The notes below the pieces were generated by a model, which was given only the letters and a program-made list of their open reading frames with translations, was not told the DNA's origin and did no database searches. A stretch of 63,514 nt of DNA, counting the filler, from Chiloscyllium plagiosum (lineage: Eukaryota): NCBI RefSeq assembly GCF_004010195.1. It is 12 parts of 12 records of this genome, joined end to end, with 100 filler letters (N's around TTAATTAATTAA, not from the genome) between each part and the next. Parts side by side here need not be neighbours in the genome. Positions count along the whole stretch, not along the records: positions 48,757 to 52,300 come from NW_025191548.1; positions 52,401 to 56,071 come from NW_025202569.1; positions 56,172 to 57,331 come from NW_025133324.1; positions 57,432 to 62,362 come from NW_025201526.1; positions 62,463 to 63,514 come from NW_025120907.1; 7 more parts are not named here. One strand, written 5' to 3'. Below are positions 52,141 to 63,514 of the stretch, one piece after another. Within the stretch, counting starts at the first letter, position 1, and every line of letters begins with the position of its first letter. A program made the position numbers and the translations under genes.

Positions 52141-53977
52141 TTTAATAATCGAAACAGCCAGAAGACTGGGAAGGGATCCACAGGCTTTGGCTTATAAAGG
52201 TTTGAAAATAATGTGTTTTCATGAATTTTCTGGGGCCATAATTAAGAAAAGAAAGCTATTCTATTGTTAGCTATTCTATTGTTCTGATTTGCTGGGTGAG
52301 NNNNNNNNNNNNNNNNNNNNNNNNNNNNNNNNNNNNNNNNNNNNTTAATTAATTAANNNNNNNNNNNNNNNNNNNNNNNNNNNNNNNNNNNNNNNNNNNN
52401 CCTCACTCCCATCAAAACCTGACTTTATTCTGAGATCAGTTTCTATTCTTCATTATAAAGTACCCCCACCAGTTTCAGACTAGACATTTCACACCCAGCC
52501 CCCATTTCCTCACACTGGAATCAAGAACCAAATTTGCCCCATCTCAGGATTGCCCTCTGAATGTGGTGTCAGTGTGTTAATGTTGTGTTTGAATGAAAGA
52601 GCCACGGTGGAATCTGGGACTGAATCCAAGGGGTTTCTGAGCCACCAGCAGCCTCCCCGCTGTGTGAGGGTCTGTTTGGATAAGATTTCAGCCCCATGGG
52701 TTCCTACTGATACTGAGTCATGGAGTGAGATTGCTGGAGCCACATGTGGATTGAAGAACACAACAGTCAGGACAATGAGCTGCTCTGGAATCCACCCTGA
52801 GCCCTGGATGGTTGTCACTGAGATGGCCCAGGAGCTACAGAATATGACAGCAGAAAGTGGAACCAGTTCATCACTGACTGTCCTCCCCAGCCGTGACTCC
52901 TAGACTTCCCCGGACTGAACATTCTCAATCTGACCCCAAGGACACACGGGACAATTTCATCTCATTTGAAGAGGAAAGAAAACCCAGATCTAATTTATGG
53001 AATATTTATTTCCCAAACTGTTATTGTGCAATTGTTATTCTGAGTAACAAGGTCCTGCTTGTCATATTCATCAATATAGGGTTCCCAAACAGTTGATTTG
53101 AATTTCTTGGCTTGTGATCTTGCTGTGCCTAAGGGATTGGTGAGCGTTGATGGGGAATTTCCATCACATTATTGTGTTCCCCATTGTCCCCTCCTGCCTT
53201 CCATCTTTTCCCCATTTATTGGGAAAGATTTCCTTGGGGTTGTGCATTCCTGCTGAAAGTGCCCCTTGTGGACACAACGGTAGCATTGCCCTCCTGCTCC
53301 GGGGACCCCATTGCCCCCTCTATTCTCCCCCTCTTTCTCCAGGTCATGATGATGGAGGTTAACACTTCACACAGCTTTCCCTGAGGCTTCAGCTCTGGCC
53401 ATTTCCAAAGCACACACGAGACAGAGACTGAATCATCTTCATCTTTATTCCCTTTTCCAGATTGACATTGACAGAAAACAGACTGCAATTAACAGCCCAG
53501 ACAGAGGAAGCTGCACAAATTCACAGCCACAATGGAGCTTGAGGAAAATACTTGTGGAGATTTTCTCAATAACCTAAGCATCCTGTCCCTTTAAACAGTG
53601 ACAAAACCTTAAATTGGAACTGACGGCTGAGCACGAAGTAGGTCTGTATTACTGAAGCAGAGACTTCTGAGGTTCACATTGATTTTGTACAGCTGACAGT
53701 CTTCAGCATTTTCAACAGGTTTGATTTGGCATTACAGGTCACCACTGCCCCAAACAAACACTCCCAGAACAGGGTCAGCATGGAGTCTGATACAGAGTAA
53801 AGCTTCTTTTTGAAGATCGCAATGACCTGCCTTAACTCTTGAACATCAGAAGTGTCTCTGAGCCAGTTCCAAGAAGGAAGAGAGTTGAAATTCAGTGCTG
53901 ACAACGACCTTTGTCCTGCCAGCTCAGCCCTGTTCTATTTAACGTTGTGTCTCCTCTGTGGACTGTCTCAAACATTC

Positions 53978-54297
53978 TACACATATTCTGATCTCCTGAT
54001 GCTCTTGCTGAGGGGAGAGTCACGTGGGTGAGGGCACAGGAGAAGCGAGCGTTGGACTCCCAGTCAGACCCAGAGAGGGTCAGCAGGCTGCTGACACTGT
54101 AGGTACTGTCCGAAGCTCGCAGGTAGTTGCTGGTCTGAACCCCATTCGAAATGACTGCACCATCCTTCTTCCACTGCACCTCCAGCTCATCGGGATAAAA
54201 GTGATTGGCAAGGCACACTAGGGTGGCAGTGCTCTTGGCATTGACCTGCTCCGGGGAGGGGACAGCAGCTTTAGCTTGGGCTGTGAGTTCTCACGGC
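53978..54297 (-). pseudogene. IGKC: Ig kappa C exon pseudogene
   Basis: 1-nt deletion near LLPPS, 7-nt deletion near TLP..LSK, and terminal Cys TGT>TAT relative to the paralogues. Confidence 0.88.
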
Positions 54298-55633
54298 CTT
54301 AAAGACAAGAGAAGCAATTTTAATCCCTGCCTTTTGAAGGGATTTTAACTCTCTGAACATGAACTGGCAAAACAATCCATTTTGAACATTTGTTGCCAAC
54401 TCCTAACAAACCCCATAAAAGAACAGACATTGTTTAAAGTGCATCTAGGGATGTGGGTGTCACTGGCAGGGCCAGCATTTATTGCCCATCCCTAATTGCC
54501 CCTGAGAGGGTGATGGTGAAAGAGAAGGGACAGTTTTGGACCATTGTTAAGGGAATGAATGTGAACAGCTGGAAGAGCTCTCAATGGGGGAGCATTTCAG
54601 TGACAGTGATCAGAACTCAGTGAGATTGAGAGTCGGGATGGAAATGGAGAACCATGGAGCAAGTGTAAAAGTTTTCATTTGGGAACAAACCATTTTACTG
54701 AATTAGGCCATGATTTGGTAAAAGTGAGCTGAAAGACAAAATGCAGGGGTGAAATTAACCAGGACCTGAAGAAAGCAAAAAGCTGACAGGATGAAATGTG
54801 TCCAAATGAAGTGAAGGAAATCCCAGTGATGTTTATAATCACAGAAAGAACAAGAAGAGAATGAAGGAATGTATGGGGCCCACTCGAGAGCAGGAAGGGA
54901 GCTTGTGTGCGGTGGTGCAAGATGGAGCAATGGTTCCTCATGAAATCTTTTGGTCTGTTTTCACAAAAGAGAGGGACAAAGCAGAAACTGTAGATGACGA
55001 GGAGGACTGTGCAACATTGGAATGACATCTTTCACATCTGAAAGATTCCCAGTTCATCTAAAGAAAAGAAAGATTCATGCTGTCCCCAAGACATTTGCAG
55101 ACAGTGTGCGACTTGTTTGAAATGTGGTCACTGAAGGAATGCAGGAAATGTGGAAGCCAGATTGTACACAGCAAGATCCCATAAGTATCAATGAACCCAG
55201 GAACATTTTGAGAAATGTTTGTTCAGGGGTAAATATCAGCCTGAAATACGATTCAAAGAGAAAATAACTGGAACAGTTGGATGAAAAATGAGAAAATGAA
55301 AGTTAAAGGAGAAGGGAGGATTACTGGTTAGTGATGGGATTGATTGTTATCAGAAAATAAAAGGAAGGGACAGAATATTGTGAATGTCATATTGTACTGA
55401 GGAAACTTAAAGTGCAGGGAAGCTCATTTACAGACCAAACTTAAAGGCTTTGTCTCTTAATGCATGACCTATTCAGAATAGTGTAGACAAAGCTGTACCA
55501 CACAAACCAAGGTAAATCAAGCTTCGAGGAATTTAAGCTAATTAAAGAAGGTAGGGACTCATGAGAAGTTATTAAAGCATCCAGACCAAGTAATAGGATC
55601 GAGAGTATGGAAAGGATCAGGAATCGAACTTGA

Positions 55634-55885
55634 GGCACCGCAGGGTGGAATGGTAGATCAGTGGTTAGCACTGCTGTCTCACAGCTCCGGAGACACAGAC
55701 TCAATTCCAACTGACTGTCTGTGTGGGATTGACACATTCTCCCCGTGTCTACTTGGGTTTCCTCCCATTGTCACAAAGATGTGTAGGTTAGGAGGATTAT
55801 CCATGGGAATTGTAGGGTGGGTGGGATGCTTTTTGGAGGGTCAGTCTGGGCTGAATGGCCTGCTTCCACACTGTAGGGATTCCAT
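55634..55885 (+). mobile_element. Degenerate V-SINE (HE1-like)
   Basis: CAGTGGTTAGCACTGCTG head, partial V-domain, CCACACTGTAGGGATT tail. Confidence 0.75.
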
Positions 55886-56781
55886 GTTTTCTGACGGAGA
55901 TAACTATGAGAAGGAGACAGTCAGTGCATGACTGAGGGTGTTGTACTAGATGCATCGAGTATATGAAACAAGGTAAATGAGCCTGTAGTGCAGGGACATG
56001 GCTGCAAGGGGATCAGGGCTGGGAACTAAATATCGAAGGATGTACATCCTATTGAAAGGAAATGTGAGGGGNNNNNNNNNNNNNNNNNNNNNNNNNNNNN
56101 NNNNNNNNNNNNNNNTTAATTAATTAANNNNNNNNNNNNNNNNNNNNNNNNNNNNNNNNNNNNNNNNNNNNAACACAGCCCACGAGGAACAATGACATAA
56201 ATTGGAGAATGACATTACACCAATAACGCAAAGTATTTTTAATCATGTTAAATATAATGAACAGAATTTCCATGGCTGTTCACTGCTTCTGTCACACTTT
56301 AGAACTCTGCAAAGAGAATAATTATTATTTATTATAATCTGTCCAAAATTTGGGATTTGATTTGGCAGTCAGTGTGACCAGCAGCACTTGCACCTAAAGG
56401 TTATGAACATGGAAATGAACTCATTATATTCAGATTACTCTTGTCACAAGTATCAATGGATGGTCTTAAGTGAGAGACAAACTCTGAAAGAAAGGTCATT
56501 CCATGGGTTACATGATGGTATCTTTGATGATTTTACTTTTTTCACAGGTTTCACTTGTTACAAAGCCAGTGTTCTTTCGGAATAATTGCACAGGGTATGT
56601 TATAGGTAATCACAAATGTTTCACAGATCAAAATACATCAACAATAGTAAGCATCGTTTCAGCATAGTTGGAGTTGCCATTTTGAAGGTGGTGTCTTCAC
56701 CCTGTGAAGGAAGTAATCTGAAGATTGGCTGTTTGTATCAGAAATGGGCATTTTTCATTGACTATGATTTTTGTTTCATAG

Positions 56782-57090
56782 AAGATACCGAGTGCCACCC
56801 TAACACCGTTAAAATCCTCCCACCACCAGTAGAACAAGTCTTACTGGAGGCGACGGTGACGTTAACCTGCGTTGTGTCCAATCTTCCTTCTGGAGTCAAT
56901 GTGACCTGGAAACAAGAAAAGAAGCCTCTGAAATCAGAGATTGCTGAGCAGCCTGGACAGAATCCCGACAGCGTGATCAGCAAATTAGACATTTCTACTG
57001 AAGCCTGGCTGAGTGGCGTTACTTTTGAATGTGTGGTGTACCATCAGAATCTACCGACTCCGCTGAGAGACTCCATCCACAAGGAAAAAG
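56782..57090 (+). CDS. IGHM: IgM Cmu3 exon, intact
   Basis: [43 protein letters not shown]...[22 protein letters not shown]; AG/GT boundaries. Confidence 0.92.
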
Positions 57091-59075
57091 GTGAGCGGTG
57101 AGATTAAAGCACAAAGGATCCCATGTGTAATCCAGATCCAGTAACATCAATGACAGGCTTTGATTGGTAATGAACCAACACCATTGGGGGCATTAATGAT
57201 GCAGCTGAAGGCAGGATAGCTAAGTAGGTGATTCAGAAAATGATGGACCAAATGATATTGTGTTCTGATTAAGTCAGATAAGGTGGGAAGAAGCCTGCGT
57301 TGTGACGTCACCATCAGCAATGACAAATGGANNNNNNNNNNNNNNNNNNNNNNNNNNNNNNNNNNNNNNNNNNNNTTAATTAATTAANNNNNNNNNNNNN
57401 NNNNNNNNNNNNNNNNNNNNNNNNNNNNNNNATTGATACTTGTGACAAGAGTAATCTGAATATAATGAGTTCATTTCCATGTTCATAACCCTTAGGTGCA
57501 AGTGCTGTTGGTCACACTGACTGCCAAATCACATCTCAAATTTTGGACAAATTATAATAAATAATAATTATTCTCTTTGCAGAGTTCTGAAGTGTTACAG
57601 GAGCGGTGAACAGCCATGGAAATTCTGTTCATTATATTTAACGTGATCAAAAATACTTTGCATTATTGGTGTGATGTCATCCTCTAATTTATGTCTTTGT
57701 TCCTCGTGGGCTGTGTTTGGAGTAGATCTGAAAACAAGACATTGAGTACAGCATTGGATATCGTGAAGGACACCCATCTCCTTAAGTCTTTCCCTCCATT
57801 CAGGTAGTTCATAACTGGTCTGTACTTTCACTTTATTTACCAAGCTGCATTTTAAAATTTCTTCATAGAGCAGGGGAGAAATAAAAACAAACAAAAGCGT
57901 CTTAAATTAATCTACAAACGCGATGGAAATGTTCACTAATTTTATAGGCATCCACGACTCAATGTGTAAACATCACCACCCCAAACCAGGCTAAATCAGC
58001 CTGTCTCGAATTCCTAGTTCATTCATTCCTATTGTAGCATTCTTACCAGAATTTATTCTCCTGCCACATCCACTAAATACAGAGAGCATCTTAAAGAAGC
58101 TCAGTGAGATCACGTTTACCCCAGTTCATCAAATATGATACCCACTTGATCTGTGGTCTGATCCCATAAATGAAGTTAAAGAGCTCAGTACCAGATAGAA
58201 ATCGATGTCGTACAGTGTCCAAGGCCAACAGGTCATTCCTGAGCAGGGAATGAAGCATTGAACGCATTTTGATTTATTTTCAAGTAAGGGTCTCTGCATA
58301 TTTTAACCACGTCATTTTGAGACCACAACATCATAAGATAGAGGATCAGAATAAGGCTGTTCGGCCAATCCAGAGTTTAGATCAGAATGATGCTGGAAAA
58401 GCACAGCAGGTCAGGCAGCATCCGACGAGCAGGAAAATCGACCTGCCGGGCTAATGCCATTCTACTGTCTTCTTCCCGTACTAAACAAGAGCCGGTCTAT
58501 CTCTGGCTTGAATACACACAATGGCCTGGCCTCCACAGCCCTCTGCAGCAACATGTTCCACAGACTCATCACCCTCTGGCTGAAGGAATGCCTCCCCATC
58601 TCAGTTCTAAACGGTGCCCCTTTGACCCTGAGACTGTGCCCTTGGGTCCTAGTCTCGCCTACCAGTCAAAACATCTATTCCGTGTTCACTCGACCTCAGT
58701 CTCTCAGTATTTTCTATGTTTCAATCAGATATCTATCCAATATCCCCCTCCACCCCCAAACTTATCCTTGAAGCGACTACCAGGCAAGGATTGAGCACTC
58801 TGAATGCCTCTCCCAGCATGGTCAGGCAACAAACTATTTAACAAAGCTCACTGTCGATATATCTATCTTCAACAGAGAGGAAACATGCTTTTCTGACTTG
58901 CCAAAAAGTTGAATTATGAGCAATACTAATGTAACACTCAAACTGAAATGAGATACGTGGCATGTTGGGAAATGAGAAGCTGCACTGTGCTGTTTACTAC
59001 GCCTGATAAATTAGTGTGTTTGATTCACATCAGAGTTATGAATGATTTGTAGCTCTCTCAGTCTGTGTCTCTTAC

Positions 59076-59385
59076 CCTGGAGTGCGGTGATATTTTTACT
59101 TTGAGTGTTCTCTCCATGAGTGACCTGGCAGGTATAGACCGCACTGTTGTACCATTCACCATAAGGGACCATCAGCCGACTCGTCACCGAGAAGTTCCCG
59201 TTTGCCTCACACACGGGAGACGTGACGAAGCCAGAATCCAAGTGTCGGCCATTTTTCAACCAACTCACGGAGATTGACTTCGGATGGAACTCGATGATTG
59301 AACAGACCACGGTTGCAAACTTGCTGCTTGCGATTTCTTCACTGGAGCTCAGTTAGGAGAAGGGTTGGTTGGAGAGGATCTGTAC
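59076..59385 (-). pseudogene. IGHM: IgM Cmu2 exon with early frameshift
   Basis: [12 protein letters not shown] then frameshift, then [34 protein letters not shown]...[17 protein letters not shown]; the spliced frame hits TGA early; the downstream intron matches the intron 5' of the Cmu3 copies. Confidence 0.85.
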
Positions 59386-59619
59386 CTTTAGGAAACACAT
59401 CGCATAAATTATCTGACGAATTTCATAACAAATACAATCAGTTCTCATATATCAAGGTTTCTCGTGGTTAATGGATACAACAATCATAATTGTGCAGAGT
59501 GCTGGAGAAGCTGGGATCCACACAGAAAGATCAGCAGGACGATGTGAAAGGCTAAAATTATAGGACGCAGCAAGGGAGTCAAGGAGGCATACAAACTATA
59601 GGCCGGTTAAATAAGAAGG

Positions 59620-62362
59620 GAGATAGCAACATTGGATGGTATTCGTTTTAATGACAGAGTCTGATGAACAAGGCAGATGAATTACCGGCATAAATGAGGA
59701 AATGATACGGTTGCTATCATGGAGACATATTGAGAGCCGGGCAGGAGTGGCTATTCAATATTACAGGATTTAGTGCCTTCAGGCGAGACAGGGAAAGATG
59801 GAAAAGGATGGGGGCGTGGGTGTGCGGTACAGAATGTTGCCTCTGTCGCAATTCTGACAAGAGTATTTTAGGCTGGAAAGAGAAATGAAATCATGGATAC
59901 CTCCTTGAACAAAGGCAAATGGACAGTACTTCAAAACCAAAATACAGCAAAAATAACTACTGGGAGAGCATGATAGACCTTACTATAGGTCCAAAAGACC
60001 AAGTGCAAATACATGGGCAAATTTCAGAGACGTGGAAATTAAATAGGGGAATGAAAAAAGAGGTTTTGAACTTCCTCAGCATCGGCTTGGATATTCACTT
60101 TGTCAAAAAGTTAGACGGAACACAATTCTGAAAATTCCCCCAGGAGAATATATTAACAAAGTATGTGTTAATACAGAGAATTTTAATCCAGACCTTGCAA
60201 GAGAGGGGTGAACCTGAACTTAACTTTAGGGAGTGAAGTCGACCCAGTGGGTAAAACATCAATGGTGGAGCACTTTGCAGACAGTGATCGTAAATCAGTT
60301 GGATTTCAGATTGTACTGCAAAGGAAGAGAAATTGGCCCAAAGTTCTGAAAAGGGGAAGGACTATTTTAGTAAGATCAGGTAATGACTTCACCAGAGTGG
60401 ACTGGAAGCTGACACTTATTGGTAAATCCGAGTCAGAGCAGTGTGACACATTTAAAAAAGAGATAGGAAAATCACAGGGAGGTCATTTCCCAGGAAGCCA
60501 CTGCGTGGGACCAAGAATGCCGCGGGCTCTGGACACCAAAGGGCATGGAGGGGGAGATAAAGAAAAACAAGGGAGGCTTCCGGTCTACAATGAAATCTCA
60601 AAACAATAGAAATTAGTATGGAGTACAAGGGGGAGTTTGAAAGACAAAGTAATTAGAAGAACAAAAGGGACCATGAGAAAATAATAGCAGTCAAAATAAA
60701 GGAAAATATTTTTGAAAGTTACAGGCTCATTCATAATAAAAGAATTATTCGGGAAACAGTAATGCCCATTAAGAGTTATTATTGGAGTGGAGCTGGAGGA
60801 TTAGGTTGTGGTCAAAACGAATGTGTTGTGTCAGTGTTCACTAGTAAGACGGACAATGTGGGGACCGAAATCATGGAGGGGTGTTGTGATGTCGTTTTCA
60901 GAAATTCGGACACATGACGTGATGTTCTGTGTTGTCTTGCTGAATGAAAAGTGGTTATATTTCCAGGGCAGATGAAAAGTATACCGAGCGGTTGAGCGAT
61001 GCATAGGATGAAATAGTTGGGTTGCTGACAATAATTTAGAATTCCTGTCTGGCCACAGCAGTTGTGCCAAGTGAGTGTAGATCAGCCAACGTTGCACTGT
61101 TATGCAGGACGAAGGAAGGGATAAATAATGAAAACACAGATCTGTCAAGATAGTCTCAGTGGTAGAGAAACTACTGAGAAGTGAAATTAGTCTTCATTTG
61201 GAAGATAAATCTACAATTTTCAGCAAGGTTTTATAGAGAGGAAGTCATGTGTAACAATTTGATAGTAGTTTTCAGAGAGATAACTCGATGTCCAGATGAT
61301 AGCAATAATCAGAGCCAATGGGATCCGAGTTAATTTGACAGATTGGATCTAGAACTGGCTGAGTGGTGGGAGCAGGGGATAATAGTCATCGGGTGTCTGC
61401 GTGACTGGAAATCTATATTTCCTGGTGTTCTGTAGGGATTAGTGTTGATTTCCTTGCTATTTCTCTTACGTACCAATGACGGAGACTCAAATTTAGGAGG
61501 ATTAACCAGTGAATTCACAGATGAAATGAAAACTGTCATGTGGCTAAGTCATGAGCATAATGGCTTTAGATTGCAGGAGGAGAGAAAAGGGTTGGTTGTA
61601 TGTGAAGAGAAAAGTTGCAAATGGAAATTATTCTGGATAAATGTAAGGTGATGTAATTCGGCAGAGGAATCTGTGAGGTATGATGTTTTGAATGGTGGAA
61701 CCCTGGAAAGGGCTGAGGATCTTTGGCGCATGTACCCACCGATCCCCGATAGTACTGTGTCGTCTGGATAAAGAGGCTAAGATGGTGGGAGGATATTTGC
61801 TTTTATTAGCTTAGACATTGACAATGAAGAGTAGGGAGATGATACTGGAACTTAATAGAACACTGGTTAGGCCACACTGAAGCGTTGTGTGCATGTTATC
61901 GAAGGAATGTGATTACACTGAAGGCAGTGTTGATGAGATTTGCCTGGACCTTGCCTGGGTTGGAGGGTTTTAGTTATGAAACTAAATTAGATAGACAAGG
62001 GTTTTCCTTAGAGCAGAGGAGAATTAGGGAGAAGATTATCATGATGTCTAGAATTATTTTAGGCATAGACTGATGAAACCTTTCCCCTTGATGGAGAGAT
62101 CAATGCCTCAGGGGCACAGGGTGAAGGTAAGGCCTGGACCTTCAAGTGGATCTCAGGAGAAAACAAAATCAAACAGAGGGTGGTGCTAGCCTGGAGCACA
62201 GCACCTATAAGTCATGTAGAGACTGAGCCCCTCATAGTAAGTATGAAGTATTGAGATGTATCCTTGCAAGGGTAAGTCACACAAGGCAAATGGATCCTGT
62301 GCTGGCACATGAGACTGGAATAGTTAGGTGGCTGTTATTGATAGGCGTGAACTGGATGGATC
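59620..62362 (+). mobile_element. Highly degraded CR1 LINE ORF2 (endonuclease to RT and tail)
   Basis: Remnants such as AACAAGGCAGATGAATT, VEHFADSD, SEFTDEMK and LPGLEGFSYETKLDRQGFSLEQRR. Confidence 0.7.
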
Positions 62363-62527
62363 NNNNNNNNNNNNNNNNNNNNNNNNNNNNNNNNNNNNNN
62401 NNNNNNTTAATTAATTAANNNNNNNNNNNNNNNNNNNNNNNNNNNNNNNNNNNNNNNNNNNNTTCAGAAATTAGTCACATGAATGGAAAGTTTTTTTAAA
62501 AGTCACAAAAAAGGTTAAAGTTCTCAC

Positions 62528-62575
62528 CTGAAGTCACTGTCACCATGGTCCCTTGGCCCCAGTCATCAAGATAGA
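62528..62575 (-). CDS. IGHJ: IgH J segment YLDDWGQGTMVTVTS
   Basis: WGxG motif; GTGAGA donor; preceded by a 23-RSS. Confidence 0.95.
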
Positions 62576-62614
62576 CACAATGTTACGTTATCTACACTGG
62601 GCCACACAATAAGT
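62576..62614 (-). other. 23-spacer RSS of JH (ACTTATTGT-23-CATTGTG)
   Basis: Counted 23-bp spacer; heptamer 6/7, nonamer 6/9. Confidence 0.85.
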
Positions 62615-62924
62615 AGCTCTGCATAAAACAAACCAAAAATCTACCATTAAAATTTCGGAGCCACAGGCAAAATAAAGTCACGATAAATCTTCATCACATG
62701 TGCGAGTGAATTCTGAACATTCTTGATAAATTGAAGTGTATTGTTTTATACTTCACAGAGTTACACTTGAGCTGATTCTCAAAATCACCAATTGGTGTAT
62801 CAATAATTATCACCACTTTTACAAATTAAACATGCACAAAAACCCACAGAACTAATACTGCACTGCAAGTTAAGACGGTTTGTAGAATTAATCACTGACT
62901 TGTTTCAAACAATAGGGGCTGAAA

Positions 62925-62952
62925 GGTTTTTGTATCGATCATAATTGCAGTG
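62925..62952 (-). other. 12-spacer RSS 3' of fused V-D-D (CACTGCA-12-ACAAAAACC)
   Basis: Perfect nonamer; counted 12-bp spacer; CAC retained. Confidence 0.88.
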
Positions 62953-63274
62953 TGAATCCAGCTCCCCACTGCTCTTGCACAGTAATAGATTGCGGTGTCT
63001 TTGATCTTCAGGTTTTTCATGTTCAACGCAAAAATGTTGCTTGAAATCTCTTTGGACGCAGTAAATCGGCCCATAATCGCTGGTGCATAGCTATTGTCGG
63101 ATGAACGATAGTAGTACAGCAGCCATTCCAGGCCCTTGCCGGGAACTTGTCGGACCCAGTGCATGTAGTTGCTGCCAAGATTGAACCCGCTGGTTTTACA
63201 GGTCAGTCGCAGACTGCCAGCGGGACGTCCAGTCTCTGCTTCTGGCTGAGTCAAAACAACCTCCGACTGGACAC
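62953..63274 (-). CDS. IGHV: IgM-type VH exon already fused to D sequence (V-D-D), open frame
   Basis: [39 protein letters not shown]...[15 protein letters not shown]; no V 23-RSS; ends in a 12-RSS. Confidence 0.93.
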
Positions 63275-63401
63275 CTTTAAAAAGAAAACAAATAAACATT
63301 GAGCATTAATGCTGATGAAATGATCGCCGAGTATTTGACATTTCTGTGGTAGACGAACGTTGAGACAGTAACAAAGAAAGACTTGAACAAAAAACACTCA
63401 C

Positions 63402-63450
63402 ATGATAAGAAAGTCAGTAACAAACTGAGAAAAATTGTCGATACAATCAT
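63402..63450 (-). CDS. IGHV: VH leader exon MIVSTIFLSLLLTFLS(C)
   Basis: 49 bp, GTGAGT donor, nearly identical to 24874-24922. Confidence 0.92.
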
Positions 63451-63514
63451 TCTGATAACTTTTGGGAAAAGATTCTGTCACGATATTTCTAAACAAAGCC
63501 GATCTAGGAGTGTT

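Noticed and set aside
62836-62844. Perfect nonamer ACAAAAACC between VDD and J, suggesting an extra D
   Set aside because: No heptamer at 12- or 23-bp spacing.

Overview
Eukaryotic DNA from a cartilaginous fish; the IgM, kappa and V-SINE/CR1 signatures point to a shark, probably a carpet or bamboo shark (inference). The window is 12 assembly pieces joined by eleven artificial 100-bp spacers (44N-TTAATTAATTAA-44N), so order and adjacency across spacers are not shown by the sequence. Piece 1 (1-24268) holds an 11-kb 39/40-bp minisatellite with a ~98-copy perfect core, embedded Penelope-like terminal repeats with hammerhead-type motifs, and a broken MHC class I gene whose alpha1 exon is inverted relative to alpha2/alpha3. 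The other pieces are fragments of cluster-type immunoglobulin genes. IgM parts are an unrearranged VH with a damaged RSS heptamer, an already-joined V-D-D still carrying a 12-RSS opposite a 23-RSS JH, and Cmu2, three Cmu3 and Cmu4/secretory exons. Kappa parts are an intact split Vk, an already-joined out-of-frame VJk pseudogene and three Ck exons (intact, stop-readthrough, frameshifted). These are interspersed with CR1, Penelope, L1 and V-SINE relics. The >1200-aa ORFs are products of the 39-bp repeat, not genes. No databases were searched; family calls rest on recognised motifs, and repeat boundaries are approximate.
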